Source: Mustelus asterias
Taxonomy: Eukaryota
Assembly (NCBI RefSeq): GCF_964213995.1
Contig: NC_135823.1
Span: forward strand, 4,216,001-4,280,000
DNA length: 64,000 nt
Reading direction: 5' to 3'
Of the stretch, positions 34,058 to 47,834 are shown in pieces. The stretch's first letter is position 1; every line of letters begins with the position of its first letter. The position numbers were made by a program, and so were the translations under genes. The notes beneath the pieces were generated by a model. The model did no database searches. It had not been told where the DNA came from and worked only from the letters and a program-made list of their open reading frames with translations.

Positions 34058-34402
34058 GGTGAGGCGGTGCCATAATGGCACTGGACTAATAATCCAGGTT
34101 CAACATCCCACCATAGCAGATGGTGAAATTTGAATTCATTCAAAGAAAATCTGGAATTAGAAGTCTAATGATGACCTGAAAACCATTGTCATAAAAAACC
34201 AACTGGTTCACTCATGTCCTTTGGGGAAGGAAAGCTGCCATCCTTACCTGGTCTGGCCTACACATGACTCCAGAACCACAGCAATGTGGTTGACTCTTAG
34301 AATGGCCTCTGAAATAGCTGGGCAAGCCACTCAGTTCTGGGGCAATTAGGGACAGGCAAAAAATAACGTCCTGCCATGACGCCCACATCCCACGAACAAA
34401 TA
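34058..34402 (+). mobile_element. SacSINE1-like DeuSINE
   Basis: CTGGTTCACT.ATGTCCTTT.GGGAAGGAAA.CTGCCATCCTTACCTGGTCTGGCCTACA core and GGCAATTAGGGA...GACGCCCACATCCCA tail. Confidence 0.7.
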
Positions 34403-34409
34403 GGAAAGA

Positions 34410-35195
34410 AATACAAACCAGGAGTAGGCCACTCACCCCCTCGGGCCTGGTTCCATTCAATTAGATCATGGCTGATCTGTTTGTAACCTCAACCCCAGAT
34501 TCCTGCCTGCCGCTGTTCACCCTCTTGTTAATCAAGAATCTATCCAGCTCTGCCTTCAAAATATTCACAGACTCTGCTTCCACTGCCCTTTGAGGAAGAG
34601 AGTTCCAGAGACTCACCGCCCTCTGAGAGAAAACAATTCTCCTCATCTCCATTTTAAATGGACAACCCCTTATTGCTAAAGAGTGACCCCCTCCCTCCAC
34701 CAGGTCTAGATTCTCCCACAAGAGGAAACATTCTCTCCACATCCAAACTGTCAATACTCCTTAGCATCTTAAAGGTTTGATCAATTCACCTCTTACTTTC
34801 TAAACTCCAGTGGATATAAATGTAACATCTCCTACTTTGCCTAAGACAACCCGCCCAAGACTGGTGGTAGTTCAGTAAAAACGGTAAAGTTGCCATGGGC
34901 CCAGATGACTATGGGCTGTGACTGGTGGTGATTTAATCTGAGGGTCACCACATCTCAGGCGAGGGGCAAGGTTGATAATGTGGGCCCTTCATGAATCACC
35001 TCAGCTGGTGCGGGTATTGAACCCACAGTTCGTGTCACTCTGCATCAGTCATCCAGTGAACCTTCTCTGAACAGCTTCTAAACAATCGACATTGTTTATA
35101 AGGAGACCAATATTGTACACATTAATAAAGATGTGCTCTTACCAATGCTCTGTGCAACTGAAGCATCACCTCCTGACTCTTGTCATCAATTCTCC
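34410..35195 (-). mobile_element. Old CR1 3' fragment with nested SINE (34884-35055)
   Basis: FSQRAVSLWNSLPQRAVEAES motif. Confidence 0.7.
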
Positions 35196-35197
35196 TC

Positions 35198-37140
35198 TGT
35201 AGCTGAATGGTCTGCAGAGTTTTAACTTTGAATATGCTGAAAGATCTTCAATCAAGCAAACCTGATTTTTTGGTTAAAGTTTTTTTCGCTATGCTGGGAT
35301 TTCTTGTGGCCAGTGGCCTGGAATTTGTCAAAGGACAGAAGGTGTCAGATTTAACAGCTTGTACTTGGCAGGGGGGAGTTCTTTACAGACTATTTGAGCC
35401 AGTGTTTCTTGTCTGGGCATTGGAATGTAAACAGTATGCACTTAAAAGGCCTAAATATGATGGGGTCTGGAGTGACCAATGCCACTACTCTGGTTGCATT
35501 TGATTGGCCTAATTGAATGATGCAATTGGGGTTCCTGATTAATTCATTCGCTGCATGACAGAGAATCTTCCAGAAGCGAGTGGAGAATTGCGCAAAAAGA
35601 GACGGGCAGCCTTTGTTTGCCAGCGATAACTCAAAGAGACCAACCATCGCAAGAAGACCAGTACCCTGAAGGATGCTTCAGAGAACATCGAGGATATTTC
35701 TTGGCCAAGGTTTTCCTAAACTTGGTAGTATCTATTTTTAGTTAAATAGTTAAAGTTGATGTTCAGTTAAAAGTTAAAGTTGATGTGCAGTTAAAAGTTA
35801 AAGTTCAGTTGAAAGTTGATGTTCAGTAAAGAGTTAGTGAGTTGCATCTGCTTATGTTTGAGTTGGGACTGGAAGTATCAAAAATCTGTTGAATTACTGT
35901 CCTTGTTTGTCTCTTTAAATTGGAATGCTCAGAAGGTGTTTAAATTAAAAGCTGTATAACAATTCACAATAAACAAGCGCATTCTTTTATCTTTCCTAAT
36001 TACTCAGAATCACACAGCGGGAAAATGTGTTTACATATTTATTTATGGAAATGTCATGAAGTTATGGTATGTTATTATTAAATTTGTAATTAAAAATTAT
36101 TTGCACGGGTGATTTTAAAGCTGGTGCCATTAGCAGGGGGAAAGGAAAATGTTCAAAAATAGAATTACAATGTTGCAATGTGAAGTTAAAGTATTCCCGA
36201 TTTTTAGAAAACTCTTTGAAGGTTACACCGTGGACTGAGTTTAGTGAGGAACCTGGTTTTGAAAGAAATTGAATGTTGGACATACTCCCTCCTGAGTTAG
36301 TTTTTAAATCTGTGAAATTAATTTGAGGCTGTGAATGTGCCATTCTCCAATAAACCCATCAACGCAGGTCCAGCCGAGGACACCTGGAAAGGGAAGAGGT
36401 GCTTTGCAAATCAAAGTTAACAAAGAACTGCTGTTGCCAGGAGAAAGACTCTTACTGATTGGTTGACGAACACTGGGCCTGGGCCTAAGAGAAATATCTT
36501 TGAACATTTTTATGATTTCAAACTCTCAGGGGAGAGAGTGTGTGCCCCTGGAAATCAGGTTGCAAGAAGTTTCTCTTTCCCTCCCACCTTTCTTTTACAT
36601 GCGGTCTCAAGTGAGTTAACCTTTCAACCAAAACATCTCATTAGAACAAATCATGTTATTTGAAAGTCTGCAAAGTTGTGATAAATAAAAGTCAAGGACT
36701 GTTTCGCCAAAAATCTGTCTGAAAGAACTTCCAGATCTATTGTGACCAAATTCTGTCAGATCAACAGCATCGAGATCCTTGAGTTTTATCCTTTTAAAAT
36801 AAATTTCACAGACCCCCAGCTACTGCAGAAGACTGTGTATGTTTTGTCCAGTTTTGTATTTGTGAGTGTGTCTGGCGGTGTTCGATTCTGTTTTTTTAGA
36901 GGAAAGGGGAAGTCATTAAATTTCAAAATTACAACTTGTATGTTAACCAGTTTTATAACTTGTTTCTAAAAAGTTTGTTTTACAAAAATCAATAATTTCA
37001 CTGTGTTTACTGAAAGATGCCTGCGAATAATGACTTCAAAGGGGGACAATTGGCCGGTTTTGTGGGTTTAAACTGCTGTCATGACCTGTGGAGAAGCAGG
37101 GCTGGAATTGACTGTGCAATCCCCCGTCACCATCTGTCAG
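35198..37140 (+). mobile_element. One or two LTR-like non-coding elements
   Basis: TGT-starting blocks at ~35198 and 36052; AATAAA ~35969; internal (AGTTAAAGTTGATGTTC)-like repeats 35740-35835; no coding motifs. Confidence 0.35.
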
Positions 37141-37614
37141 AGTTTAAAAACTGTTTTCCAAATAGATTCCATGTGTCAGTGACTTTCTCCTGTGGATTCC
37201 GGCTGGAACCTCTTCCCAAGAGACAAAGACAATCTCTGACACATATAAACAAAAAGAGATATTTCACATTGTGAACATTCCCACAAGTGTCAATAAGATT
37301 CACCGGATTTGATGGTTTCCCTGCAGGAACAATGGAGACTAGACTTGGGAAGGTATTTGGGAATTGGAAAGTGCAATGGGATTACCGCTTCCCGCATTGG
37401 GAACCTGATTTGGGATTTTGACACGGTGGCTATCTTAGCTTGCCTGCCATAGAAGCAGAAAACGCAAAGCCAGCTGTCTGGACACAGACCCATCTCGGAA
37501 CAGCTTCAGAACAGCAGAGAGGAAACTGCTCCTCAACAGGGAGGGAGAGACAAAGAGAGAGACACCCAGAAAAAGCCAAGGCTTCTGCCGTCAGTAACTG
37601 GGCAGTTTGAGAGT

Positions 37615-37915
37615 CATGATGTGGAGATGCCGGCGTTGGACTGGGGTAAACACAGGAAGAGTTTTAACAACACCAGGTTAAAGTCCAACAGGTTTATTTG
37701 GTAGCAAATGCCATTAGCTTTTGGAGCGCTGCTCCTTCGTCAGATGGAGTGGAAATCTGCTCTCAAACAAGGCACAGAGACACAAAATCAAGTTACAGAA
37801 TACTGATTAGAATGTGAATCTCTACAGCCAACCAGGTCTTAAAGATACAGACAATGTGAGTGGAGGGAGCATTAGGCACGGGTTAACTGTGCTTTAACTG
37901 TGCTACCAAATAAAC
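37615..37915 (-). mobile_element. Penelope-type pLTR insertion with hammerhead motif and short 5' inversion
   Basis: TSD CAGTTTGAGAGT (37603-37614 / 37916-37927); minus strand reads CCAT-CTGACGA-AGGAGCAGCGCTCC-AAAA-GCTA-ATGG. Confidence 0.8.
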
Positions 37916-38097
37916 CAGTTTGAGAGTGCCATGCCCACACAACCAGGAGTGAGGAACCTTCTCTCCTCCCCGTGAACCCGATTCCATGCACTAAACTCAT
38001 CTCTGAAAGTAACCTCTGGTCATTCAGCAGTGGAAGGCATCGCAGCAGCAAAGACATGCTCAAAACCTTCACCTCAGACAACGCAACATCCCGACTT

Positions 38098-38525
38098 AGA
38101 GTCATAGAGGTTTACAGCATGGAAACAGGCCCTTCGGCCCAACTTGTCCATGCCACCTTTTCTTTTAAAACCCCTAAGCTAATCCCAATTGCCCGCATTT
38201 GGCCCCATATCCCTCCATACCCATCGTACCCATATAACTATCTAAATGCTTTTTAAAAGATAAAATTGTACCCGCTTCTACTACTACCTCTGGCAGCTTG
38301 TTCCAGACACTTACCACCTTCTGTGTGAAAAAATTCCCCCTCTGGACACTTTTGTATCTCTCCCCTCTCACCTTAAACCTATGCCCTCTAGTTTTAGACT
38401 CCCCTACCTTTGGGAAAAGATATTGACTATCTCGCTGATTTGTGCCCCTCATTATTTTATAGACCTCTATAAGGTCACCCCTCAGCCTCCTACGCTCCAG
38501 AGAAAAAAGTCCCAGTCTATCCAGC
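38098..38525 (-). mobile_element. HER1/CR1 3' fragment
   Basis: RLGLFSLERRRLRGDLIEVYKIMRG; same subfamily as 28670-31330. Confidence 0.85.
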
Positions 38526-38858
38526 CTCCCAACTTCAACAATCCCAGTCCGGCATCGTGCAATAGAGACTGAACGGATTGCGTTTTTATAAGTCTCATTT
38601 ATCTTCATCTGTAATTAACCTTTGTGTATGTGGAAGTTACCTCCAGAGCGTTAGTATGAAATAAAGTTAACTCTTTTGTGAAGTATATAGACTTTGCTGC
38701 TGGGTGCTTTTACATTAATTTACTCACTCCGAGGGTGAGATGTCCACACTCGCAGAGATTGTTCATGGGAAACTGGGAAAACACCTTTTAAAGCATCTGT
38801 GACACTGAAATGTTATTTTCCTTTTGTTTCCGGGCTTCACCATGAGACAAGCATTCTC

Positions 38859-39070
38859 TGTTACCAAGTTATGATCCTGACAGCCTCGTGGTGAAGGAAG
38901 GAACTGGAGCCAGTCTTTACTTGGTACAGATTTATTCACAGACTGAAACATTACAGGTATATAGCTCCTGACCCAACTCCACACAATGTCTCTCTCGATA
39001 GGTGCTCAACTGACCATCCAATCAATGCCCTTCACTTGTCTACACTGAACTCCAATTGGTACAATTAACA
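38859..39070 (-). mobile_element. Short LTR-like element (related sequence at 61996-62381)
   Basis: TGTT...AACA ends; minus-strand AATAAA ~38931; shared CCATCCAATCAATGCCC segment. Confidence 0.35.
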
Positions 39071-39099
39071 CCCACAGTCAGAGCATCTCAAAGTCTCTA

Positions 39100-39990
39100 A
39101 TGCAGGAAAATGTGAAGTTATGCACTTTGATAGGAAGAATAAAGGAGCTGGATATTAATTAAATGGAGAAAGACTGCAGAAAGCTGCAGCACAGAGGGAT
39201 TTGGGAGTCCTTGTGCATAAATCACACAAAGCTAGCAGGTAATGGGAAAGATAAATGCAATGTTGGCCTTTATTTCAAAGGGAATGGAGTATAAAAATAG
39301 AGAATTATTGCTAAAACTATACAAGGCACTAGTTAGACTACACCTGGAATACAATGAATAGTTTTGGTCTCCTGATCTAACGAAAGATATACCAGCATTG
39401 GAGGCAGTCCAGAGATGTTTAAGAGGTTGATCCTAGCATGGAGCGATTTTCTTATGAAGGGAGGTTGAGCAGGTTGGGGCCTGTACTCATTGGAGTTTAG
39501 AAGAATGAGAGGTGGCCTTATTGAGACATATCAGATTCTCAGAGGACTTGATAGGGTAGATGCTGAGAGGTTGTTTCCCCTTTTGGGAGAGTCTAGGACC
39601 AGACAGCCTAATCTCAGAGGAGAATTGAAAAACAGGAGGTAATGTTCAACTTGTTTAGAACCAAGGTTAGACTACACTGGGAGCACTGGCAACACTTGTG
39701 ATCTCCATTTAGAAAAAGGAAATCGAGGCCTGGAGAAGATGCAACAAAGATTCACAAGAATAATCCCAGAACTGAGAGCATTTAACCCTCAGGAAAGGCT
39801 GGCCTGCTTTTCTCTAGAAAAGAGAAGATTGAAGGGTGACCTAATGGAAGTCTTTACGATTATGAAGCGTTCACTAATCCTATAGGGATTTCAGGAGAAA
39901 CCTCTCTCCCAGCGAGTGGTGAGAATGTGGAACTCACTACCACAGCGAGTGGTTGAAGTGAATAACATGAATACATTGAAGGGGAACTAG
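39100..39990 (+). mobile_element. Degenerate CR1 fragments
   Basis: RT C-terminal motifs with many stops and indels. Confidence 0.7.
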
Positions 39991-40002
39991 ATATCTAAAA
40001 TT

Positions 40003-40272
40003 AAGGTTTATTGATTAGTCACAGGTAAGGCTTACATTAACATTGCAATGAAGTTACTATGAAATTCCCCTACTTGCCATATTCTAGCGCCTGTTCGGGT
40101 CAATGTGCTTAACCAGCACGTCTTTCAGACTGTGGGAGGAAACAGGGGCCCCCGGAGGAAACCCACGCAGACAGGAGAACGTGGAAACTCCACATAGACA
40201 GTGACCCAAGCTGCGAATTGAACCCAGGTCCCTGGCGCTGAGAGACAGCAGTGCTAACCACTGTGTCACCCA
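40003..40272 (-). mobile_element. Type-2 V-SINE
   Basis: Head, V-domain and Rex1-like tail; absent from the paralogous block at ~23630. Confidence 0.8.
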
Positions 40273-40693
40273 TATTCACAAGGGAGAAAGGATATGCTGA
40301 TGTGGGGAGATGAAGAGGGGTGGGTGGAGGCTCATATGGAGCATAAATACTGACATAGACCAATTGAGCCGACTGGCCTGGTCCTGTGCTGTAGACTCAA
40401 TGGAACAGAGACAAATGTATTTATTTTAGATCGACCTGTAGTGGTAGGAAAAAAACTATTTACTATCGAGGATAAAATAAATGTCCTTCATCAGCTTTTG
40501 TGGATCATTTCAGTGAAAATGTGCTCTTCCAGGCTGAAAGAGGACCAGACCACTGGAAGCAAAGTCTTGAGACTGGCCAGTCCAGCAGAAAGAAACCCTC
40601 CGACCCTCCCACTTCACCAACTGTCAGAAAGTACCTGGTTCAGTCCTGGATGTGAGTTACAGCAGCAATAACAGCAGAATCCAACCCCTGTAA

Positions 40694-41280
40694 TCACTTG
40701 TGAACTCACTAGTGTCTCTGCAGGAGGGATGAGTTTGTGAATTCCTTCCCACAGAGAGAAGCTGAACGGTCTTTCCTCAGTGTGAATGCGCTGGTGGATT
40801 ATCAGTTCCTGAGAGCTTTTGAAGCCACTTCCATAGTCAGAGCATCTAAAGGGTCTCTCCTGGGTGTGAATGACATTGTGCCTCAGGAGGTGGAATATCG
40901 AGTGAATCCCTCCGCACACACTGAGCAGGTGAATGGCCTCTCCCAGTGTGAACTCGCTGGTGTCTCTTCAATGTGCATGCCCTTCCAAACCTCTTTGTAC
41001 AGAGAGAGCAGCTGAACGGTCTCTCCCCGGTGTGAGTGCGCTGGTGGTCCATCAGATGCTCAGCAATTTTGAAGCCACTCCCACAGTCAGAGCATTTAAA
41101 GGGTCTCTCCTGGGAATGACTGACTTTGTGTCTCTGCAGGCTGGATAATCGAGTGAATCCCTTCCCACACACAGGGCAGGTGAATGGCCTCTCTCCAGTG
41201 TGACTGCGTCGATGAGTTTCTAGCTCTGATGGGGCTTTGAATCCCTTCCCACAGTCTCCACATTTCCACGGTTTCTCCAT
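40694..41280 (-). pseudogene. ZNF-5 C2H2 zinc-finger pseudogene (or truncated 4-finger gene)
   Basis: MEKPW start and four intact fingers; frameshift near 40940; internal deletion near 40755; original stop (…CACAAG-TGA) at 40694-40696. Confidence 0.8.
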
Positions 41281-42065
41281 GGTTCGTGTGTCCTTGTGAT
41301 TCTCCAGGTTTGATAATCAGTTGCAACCTCGTCAACACTGAGAACACAGATACAGTCTCTCCCCGCTGTGAATGCTGCAATGTTTTTTTCAGGCTGTGTA
41401 ACTGGTTAAATCTCTTTCCACAGTCAGTGCACTAGAACTACTCTCACTCGGGTGTGTGTGTCTTGGTGCTTCTCAGTGCTTTTCCAGTCACACTGATGTT
41501 TAAAACCTTCTGAAGTGGATAGAACAGAGAAACATTTATCCTTCTCGATTCAAAGGTCGATAATATTCAAGTCCCGAAGAATTGAGTGACTCTGCCAGAT
41601 GTTGATGTGAAGTTTGGTTTGAGATTTCTGTCTGTAAATCCTCACCTTCTGATATCCTGTAAAAGAAGTTTATAGAAGTCATCACTGTCAGTACAGGATA
41701 GAAATTCAGAACAGACAATTCTAGTTTCTATGGAACATTCTTTCCTCCCTCATTCCCCAAAAGCTGTAAATCTCCATCCCACACACTCTCCCTCCATTCT
41801 CACTCTGCTGTATCTAATATTCACCCTCCCAATTCTCCTGAAGGTGCTGATTGAGGCTGATTGACAGATCCATGCTCACTGCTTCCTGTCCTCGGCACAG
41901 AGAACTGAAAATCTCTATGCAGGCGGCCAGACAGATATCTGTCTCTATGACTGGATTAAGGATGTGTGCAATATACAGACTGGATTCACTTCCTTTCCCT
42001 TCAGTTGCTGCAAGTCCCCAGTTTCCCCCAGAATGAGAAAGGAAATGGAAAGGGGGAGACATTGA

Positions 42066-42540
42066 TTTCCTCACGGATGTTGTTTAGAGGAGGAAGTTTT
42101 AATCCGAAGTTCATTGGCCAGTTTCCGCGTTGTGACGTCACAACAGAACTCTGTCTTTAAGCAGCCACGAGCAATCATTCTGCTCCGTGGTGACGTCTCC
42201 GGGTTCCAGTGCGCAGGCCCCGCCTGTTCCCCCTCCCCCTGCGTCTCCTCGAGCCAAGGTTTCCAGGCTGACGGCTCCGGCCAGAGCGAGAAGCCACTCG
42301 GTGATCTCCCCCTCCCCAACGGCCCGGGATTGCGCATGTCCAAGGGAGGGGGAAGCTGCGCATGTGCGGGGGAGAGCCCACCCACTGACCTTCATGTTGA
42401 AGTATTGACCAATAGGAAAATTTGGAGGACCGGAAGGACACTGATCCTCCAGCCAATCAGCGTGTGATCTTTGTGTGAATGCTGATTGAGCTTCAGACAG
42501 ACTCAAACCTCCTCCTGTCGCCGACATCTGTGAGTAAAAC
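42066..42540. promoter_or_regulatory. Bidirectional CpG-rich promoter C (ZNF-5/ZNF-6)
   Basis: Outward donors GTGAGG (42074 -) and GTGAGT (42530 +); CRE 42133-42140; TGCGCATGT 42331 and 42357; CCAAT boxes. Confidence 0.75.
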
Positions 42541-42612
42541 ACTTCATTTCCCCCCCCCCCCCTTTCCATTTCTTTCCTCATTCTGGGGAAATTGGGGACT
42601 TGCAGCAACTGA

Positions 42613-45600
42613 TGATAAGAAATAGAAGCAGGAGTGGCCACCAGGTGCTTCAAGCCTTCCCCGCTATTCTGTCCGATCATGGCAGGCCAATGCCGGCCTC
42701 AACTCATTTTCTGTGCCCTTTCCCCATCGCCCTCTTCCTCAATCTATCAAATATTTATCCACCCCCAATTCTAATGATCCAACCTCCACCACCCTTTGGG
42801 GCAGAGAATTCCAGAGGTTCACCAACCTCTGCGAGATGAAATTTCTACGCACCTCAGGTTTAAATGACGAGCCCTTTATCTTGTTCGAGACCCTCCCACT
42901 CGTGAAAATATCTCACCATCTATCTTGTCAAGTCTCCTCAGGATCTTATATGTGTGAATAAGGTCACCCCTCACTCTGCTAAACTCCAAAGAATACAAAC
43001 CCATACTATTTAGTTTCTCTTGATAGGACAATGTTCTCCTCCCAGGAATTAGCCTGGTGAATCTCCTTTGGACTTTCTCCAATGTTACTATATCCTTTAT
43101 TAGATAAGGGGACCAAAACTGTGCAGTATTTCAGGTGAGGCATCTCCAGCACCCTGACCGCCCTGTTTTTAAACTCCAACCCATTTGCAATAAAGGTCAA
43201 AATGCTGTTTTCCTTCTTAACTACTTGTTGGACCTGCCGGCTAGCTTTTTGTGATTCATGCACGAAAACACCTAAATCCCTCTGTATTTCACTCACCAGC
43301 TGTACCTCTCCATTTAGATAATCCGCCTTTGAATACATGACCCCAACCCCCACATTAAACTCCAGTGGCCAGGGTTTTGTCCAGTCACCCAATCAATCTA
43401 TATCCTGTTGTAGAATCACAATATCCTCATCATAACATATCCTTCCTTCATGTCATCAGCAAATTTGAAAACCTTACATTCTGTTCCTTCCTCAAGGTCA
43501 TTAATGTAAATAGTGGACAATAGTGGGCCAAGAACTGATCCTTGCGGTACTCCACTAGTTGCATATTTCCACTCTGAAAAGAAAAAAGAAAATTACAGTG
43601 CAGGAACAGGCCCTTTGGCCCTCCAAGCCTGCACCAACCATGCTGCCCGACTGAACTAAAACCCCATACCCTCTCGGGGACCATATCCCTCTATTTCCAT
43701 CCTATTCATGTGTTCCTTAAGACGCCCCTTAAAAGTAACTATTATATTTGCTTCCACTATCTTCCCCGGCAACAAGTTCCAGGCATCCACCACCCTCTAT
43801 ATAGAAAACTTGCCTTGTACACCTCCTTTAAACCTTGTCCCTCACACCTTAAATGTATGCCCCCTAGTAATTGATGCTTCCATCTTGGGAAAAAGCTTCT
43901 GACTATCCACTCTGTCCATGCCCCTCATAATCTTGTAGACTTCTATCAGGTTGCCCCTCAATCTCCGTCGTTCCAGTGAGAACAAACCCTATTTCTCCAA
44001 CCTCTCCTCATAAATAATGCCCTCCATTCTGTACCTCTCCAAAGCCTCCACATCGTTCTGGTAGTATGGTGACCAGAATTGAATACTATATTCCAAGTGC
44101 GGCCTAACTAAGCTGCAACGTGACTTGCCAATTTTTAAACTCAATACCCCTGCCGATGAAGGCAAGCATGCCGCATGCCTTCTTGACTACCTTCTCCACC
44201 TGCGTTTCCACTTTCAGTGACCTGTGTACCTGTACACCCAGATCCCTCTGCCTATCAATGCTCTTAAAGGTTCTGCCATTTACTGTATATTTCCTATCTG
44301 TATTATTTCCAAAAAGCAATACTTCACATTTGTCCAGATTAAACTCCATCTGCCACCTCTCCGCCCAAGTCTCCAATCGATCTATATCCTGCTGTATCCC
44401 CTGATGGTCCTCATCGCTATCCACAAATCCACCGACCTTTGTGTCGTCCGCAAACTTACTAATCAAACCAGTTACATTTTCCTCCAAATCATTTTTATAT
44501 ATTACAAACAGCAAGGGTCCCAGCACTGATCCCTGAGGAACACCACTTGTCACACCCTCCATTCAGAAACGCATCCTTCCACTGCTACCCTCTGTCTTCT
44601 ATGACCGAGCCAGATCTGTATCCACCTTGCCAGCTCACCTCTGATCCCATACGACTTCACCTTCTGCACCAGTCTGCCATGAGGGACCTTGTCAAAGGCC
44701 TTACTGAAGTCCATGTAGACAACATCCGCTGCCCTACCCTCATCAATCATCTTTGTCACTTCCTCGAAAAACTCGATCAAGTTGGTGCGACACAACCTCC
44801 CCTTCACAAAACCACATTGTCTCTCGCTAATACGTCCACTTATTTCCAAGTGGGAGTAAATCCTGTCTTGAAGAATCTTCTCCAATAATTTCCCTACCAC
44901 TGACCTAAGGCTCACCGGCCTGTAATTACCTGGATTATTCTTGCTACCGTTCTTAAACAAAGGAACAACATTGGCTATTCTCCAATCCTCTGGGACCTCC
45001 CCTATACAGTAAGAAGTTTAACAACACCAGGTTAAAGTCCAACAGGTTTATTTGGTAGCAAAAGGCTTTTGCTACCAAATAAACCTGTTGGACTTTAACC
45101 TGGTGTTGTTAAACTTCTTACTGTGTTTACCCCAGTCCAACGCCGGCATCTCCACATCATGACCTCCCCTATAGCCAGTGAGGAAACAAAGATTTCTCTC
45201 AAGGCCCCAGCAATTTCCTCTCTTGCCTCTCAATATTCTGGGTTATATCCCATCAAGACCCATTTATTCCAATTCTCTGTTTTCTAGTGTCGGACAGTTT
45301 TCAATCGATGCTAACACACTTTCACCAATTCCATAGGCTTTTACTTTATGCACCAGTCTCTTAGGTGACACCTTGTCAAATGCCTTTTGGAAATCTAAAT
45401 ACACTACATCTACAGGTTCCCCTCGATCTACTCTCCCCTGTTACGTTCTGAAAGAATTTGAGAAAATTTGTCAAACATGATTTATGTTTCATTAAACCAT
45501 GTTGACCAGGTTTGATTAGCAAATGATTAGCTCTTTCCTCTTTGATTATTGACTCCAGTGTCTTGCAAATAATAGATGTTAAACTATTGGCTTATAGGTC

Positions 45601-45790
45601 CCTGCGTTCTGCCTTTCTCCCTTTTTAAACAAGGGAGTCACGTTGGCTGTTTTCCAATTTTCTGATACTCTCCTGAAATTTAGCGAGTTATGAAAAATCT
45701 CAACCAAAGTGTCCACTATCTTTTCAGCAACCTCCATTAAAAGCCTAGCGTGCAGTTCATTGGGTCCTGGTGACTTGTCCACCCTTAGCC
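42613..45790 (-). mobile_element. Nested CR1/HER1 insertions splitting the ZNF-6 5' leader
   Basis: ACTGA duplicated at 42608-42612 and 45791-45795, splitting GCAGCAACTGAAGGGAAAGGAAG; older CR1 (42615-43570, 45300-45790) with a younger HER1 (43575-45260) inside. Confidence 0.85.
45007..45160 (+). mobile_element. Penelope-type pLTR insertion with perfect ~59-bp inverted arms
   Basis: 45006-45064 is the reverse complement of 45066-45124; TSD GACCTCCCCTATA. Confidence 0.88.
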
Positions 45791-46491
45791 ACTGAAGGGA
45801 AAGGAAGCGAAACCAGTCTGTACATTCCACACATTTTTAGTCCTGTCATACAGACATATATCTGTCTGGCAGCCTGCATGGAGATTTTCAGCTTGCTGTG
45901 TCCAGGACAGGAAACAGTGAGCCGGATCTGTTAATCAGCCTCAATCAGCACCTTCAAGGGAATTGGGAGGGTGAATATTAGATACAGCAGAGTGAGAATG
46001 GAGGGAGAGTGTGTGGGATGGAGATTTACAGCTTTTGGGGAATGAGAGAGGAAAGAATGTTTCATAGAAACTAGAATTGTCTGTTCTGAATTTCTGGACT
46101 GACTGTGATGACGTTTGTAAATTCCTTTTATAGGATATCAGAAGGTGAGACTTTACAGACAGAAATCTCAAACCAAACTTCACATCAACAGCTGACAGAG
46201 TCCCTCAATTTATCTGGACCTGAATATCATCGGCCTTTGAATCGAGAAGGAGAAATGTTTCTCTGTTCTGTCTGCTTCTGAGATTTTAAAAATCAGTGTG
46301 ACTGGAAAAGCACCGAGACACACACACACCTGAGTGAGAGTGTTCCAGTGCACTGAGTGTGGAAAGAGTGTTAACTAGTTACACAACCTGAAAATACATC
46401 TGAGCATTCACAGCGGGGAGAGACTGTACCCGTGTTCTGTGTGAGATTTAACTGATTGTTTAACCTGGAGAGTCACAAGGACACCCGCACT

Positions 46492-47334
46492 ATGGAGAAA
46501 CCGTGGAGGTGTGGGGATTGTGGGAAGGGATTCAGGTTCCCATCTCAGCTGGAAATTCATCGACGCAGTCACACTGGGGAGAGGCTGTTCACTTGCTCTG
46601 ACTGCGGGAAGGGATTTATTTGGTTATCCCACCTGCAGACACACAAAGTCACTCACACCCAGGAGAGACCCTTTAAATGCTCTGACTGTGGGAGTGGCTT
46701 CAAAAGCTCCCAGGTACTGAGGGCTCACCAACGCATTCACACTGAGGAGAGACCCTTCAGCTGCTCTCACTGCACAAAGAGATTTAAAGGGTCATCTGAA
46801 CTGCAGCGACACCAGCGAGTTCACACTGGGGAGAGACCGTTCACCTGCTCTGTGTGTGGAAAGGGATTCACTCAGTTACCCACCCTGCTGAGACACAATC
46901 TCACACACACCAACGAGAGACCCTTTAAATGCTCTGACTGTGGGAGCGGCTTCAAAAGCTCTGGAGAACTTATAATCCACCAGCGCATTCACAGTGAGGA
47001 GAGACCATTCAGCTGCTCTCACTGCACAAAGAGATTTAAAAGGTCATCCACACTGCGGGAACACCAGCGAGTTCACACTGGGGAGAGGCCATTCACCTGC
47101 TCTCAGTGTGGGAAGAGATTCACTCAATTACCCCATTTGCAAACACACCAGCAACTTCACACGGGGGAGAAACCGTTTATCTGCTCTCACTGTGGGAAGG
47201 GATTCATTTGCTTATCCAACCTGCTGACACACGAGCGAGTTCACACTGGGGAGAGGCCATTCACCTGCTCTCAGTGTGACAAAAGATACACTCGGTCCTC
47301 CCACCTGCTGAGACACCAGCGAGTTCACAAGTGA
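46492..47334 (+). CDS. C2H2 zinc-finger protein ZNF-6, 10 fingers
   Basis: Intact array; ATG at 46492; ends HQRVHK*. Confidence 0.9.
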   Translation: MEKPWRCGDCGKGFRFPSQLEIHRRSHTGERLFTCSDCGKGFIWLSHLQTHKVTHTQERPFKCSDCGSGFKSSQVLRAHQRIHTEERPFSCSHCTKRFKGSSELQRHQRVHTGERPFTCSVCGKGFTQLPTLLRHNLTHTNERPFKCSDCGSGFKSSGELIIHQRIHSEERPFSCSHCTKRFKRSSTLREHQRVHTGERPFTCSQCGKRFTQLPHLQTHQQLHTGEKPFICSHCGKGFICLSNLLTHERVHTGERPFTCSQCDKRYTRSSHLLRHQRVHK

Positions 47335-47834
47335 TTACAGGGGTTGGATTCTGCTGTTACTGCTGCTGTTAATCACATCCAGGGACTGAACCATGTTCAT
47401 TCTGACAGTTGGTGAAGTGGGAGGGTCGGAGGGTTTCTTTCTGCTGGACTGGCCGGTCTCATGACTTTGCTTCCAGAGGGCTGATGCACTTTGAGCCTGG
47501 GAGAGCACATTTCCACTGAAATGATCCACAAAAGCTGATGAAGGACATTTATTTGATCCTGGAGTGTAAGTAGTGTTTTTCCTATCACACAGATAGATCT
47601 AAAATAAATACAGAAAAGAAATGGAAAACCGCAGCATGTCTGGCAGCATCTCTGGAGAGAGAAACAGAGTTAATGTTTTCACGTCCAATGTAACTCTACT
47701 TCAGAACTAAAAAGACAGAAATGTGACGGGTTTGATGCTGGTGAGAGAGGGGGAAGAGTCAGGTAGAACTTCAGCTTGTTATGGACAAAGCAGTAGACAG
47801 TTGCAAAAAAAAGTTTAGGATTGGGGGAAGAGTG

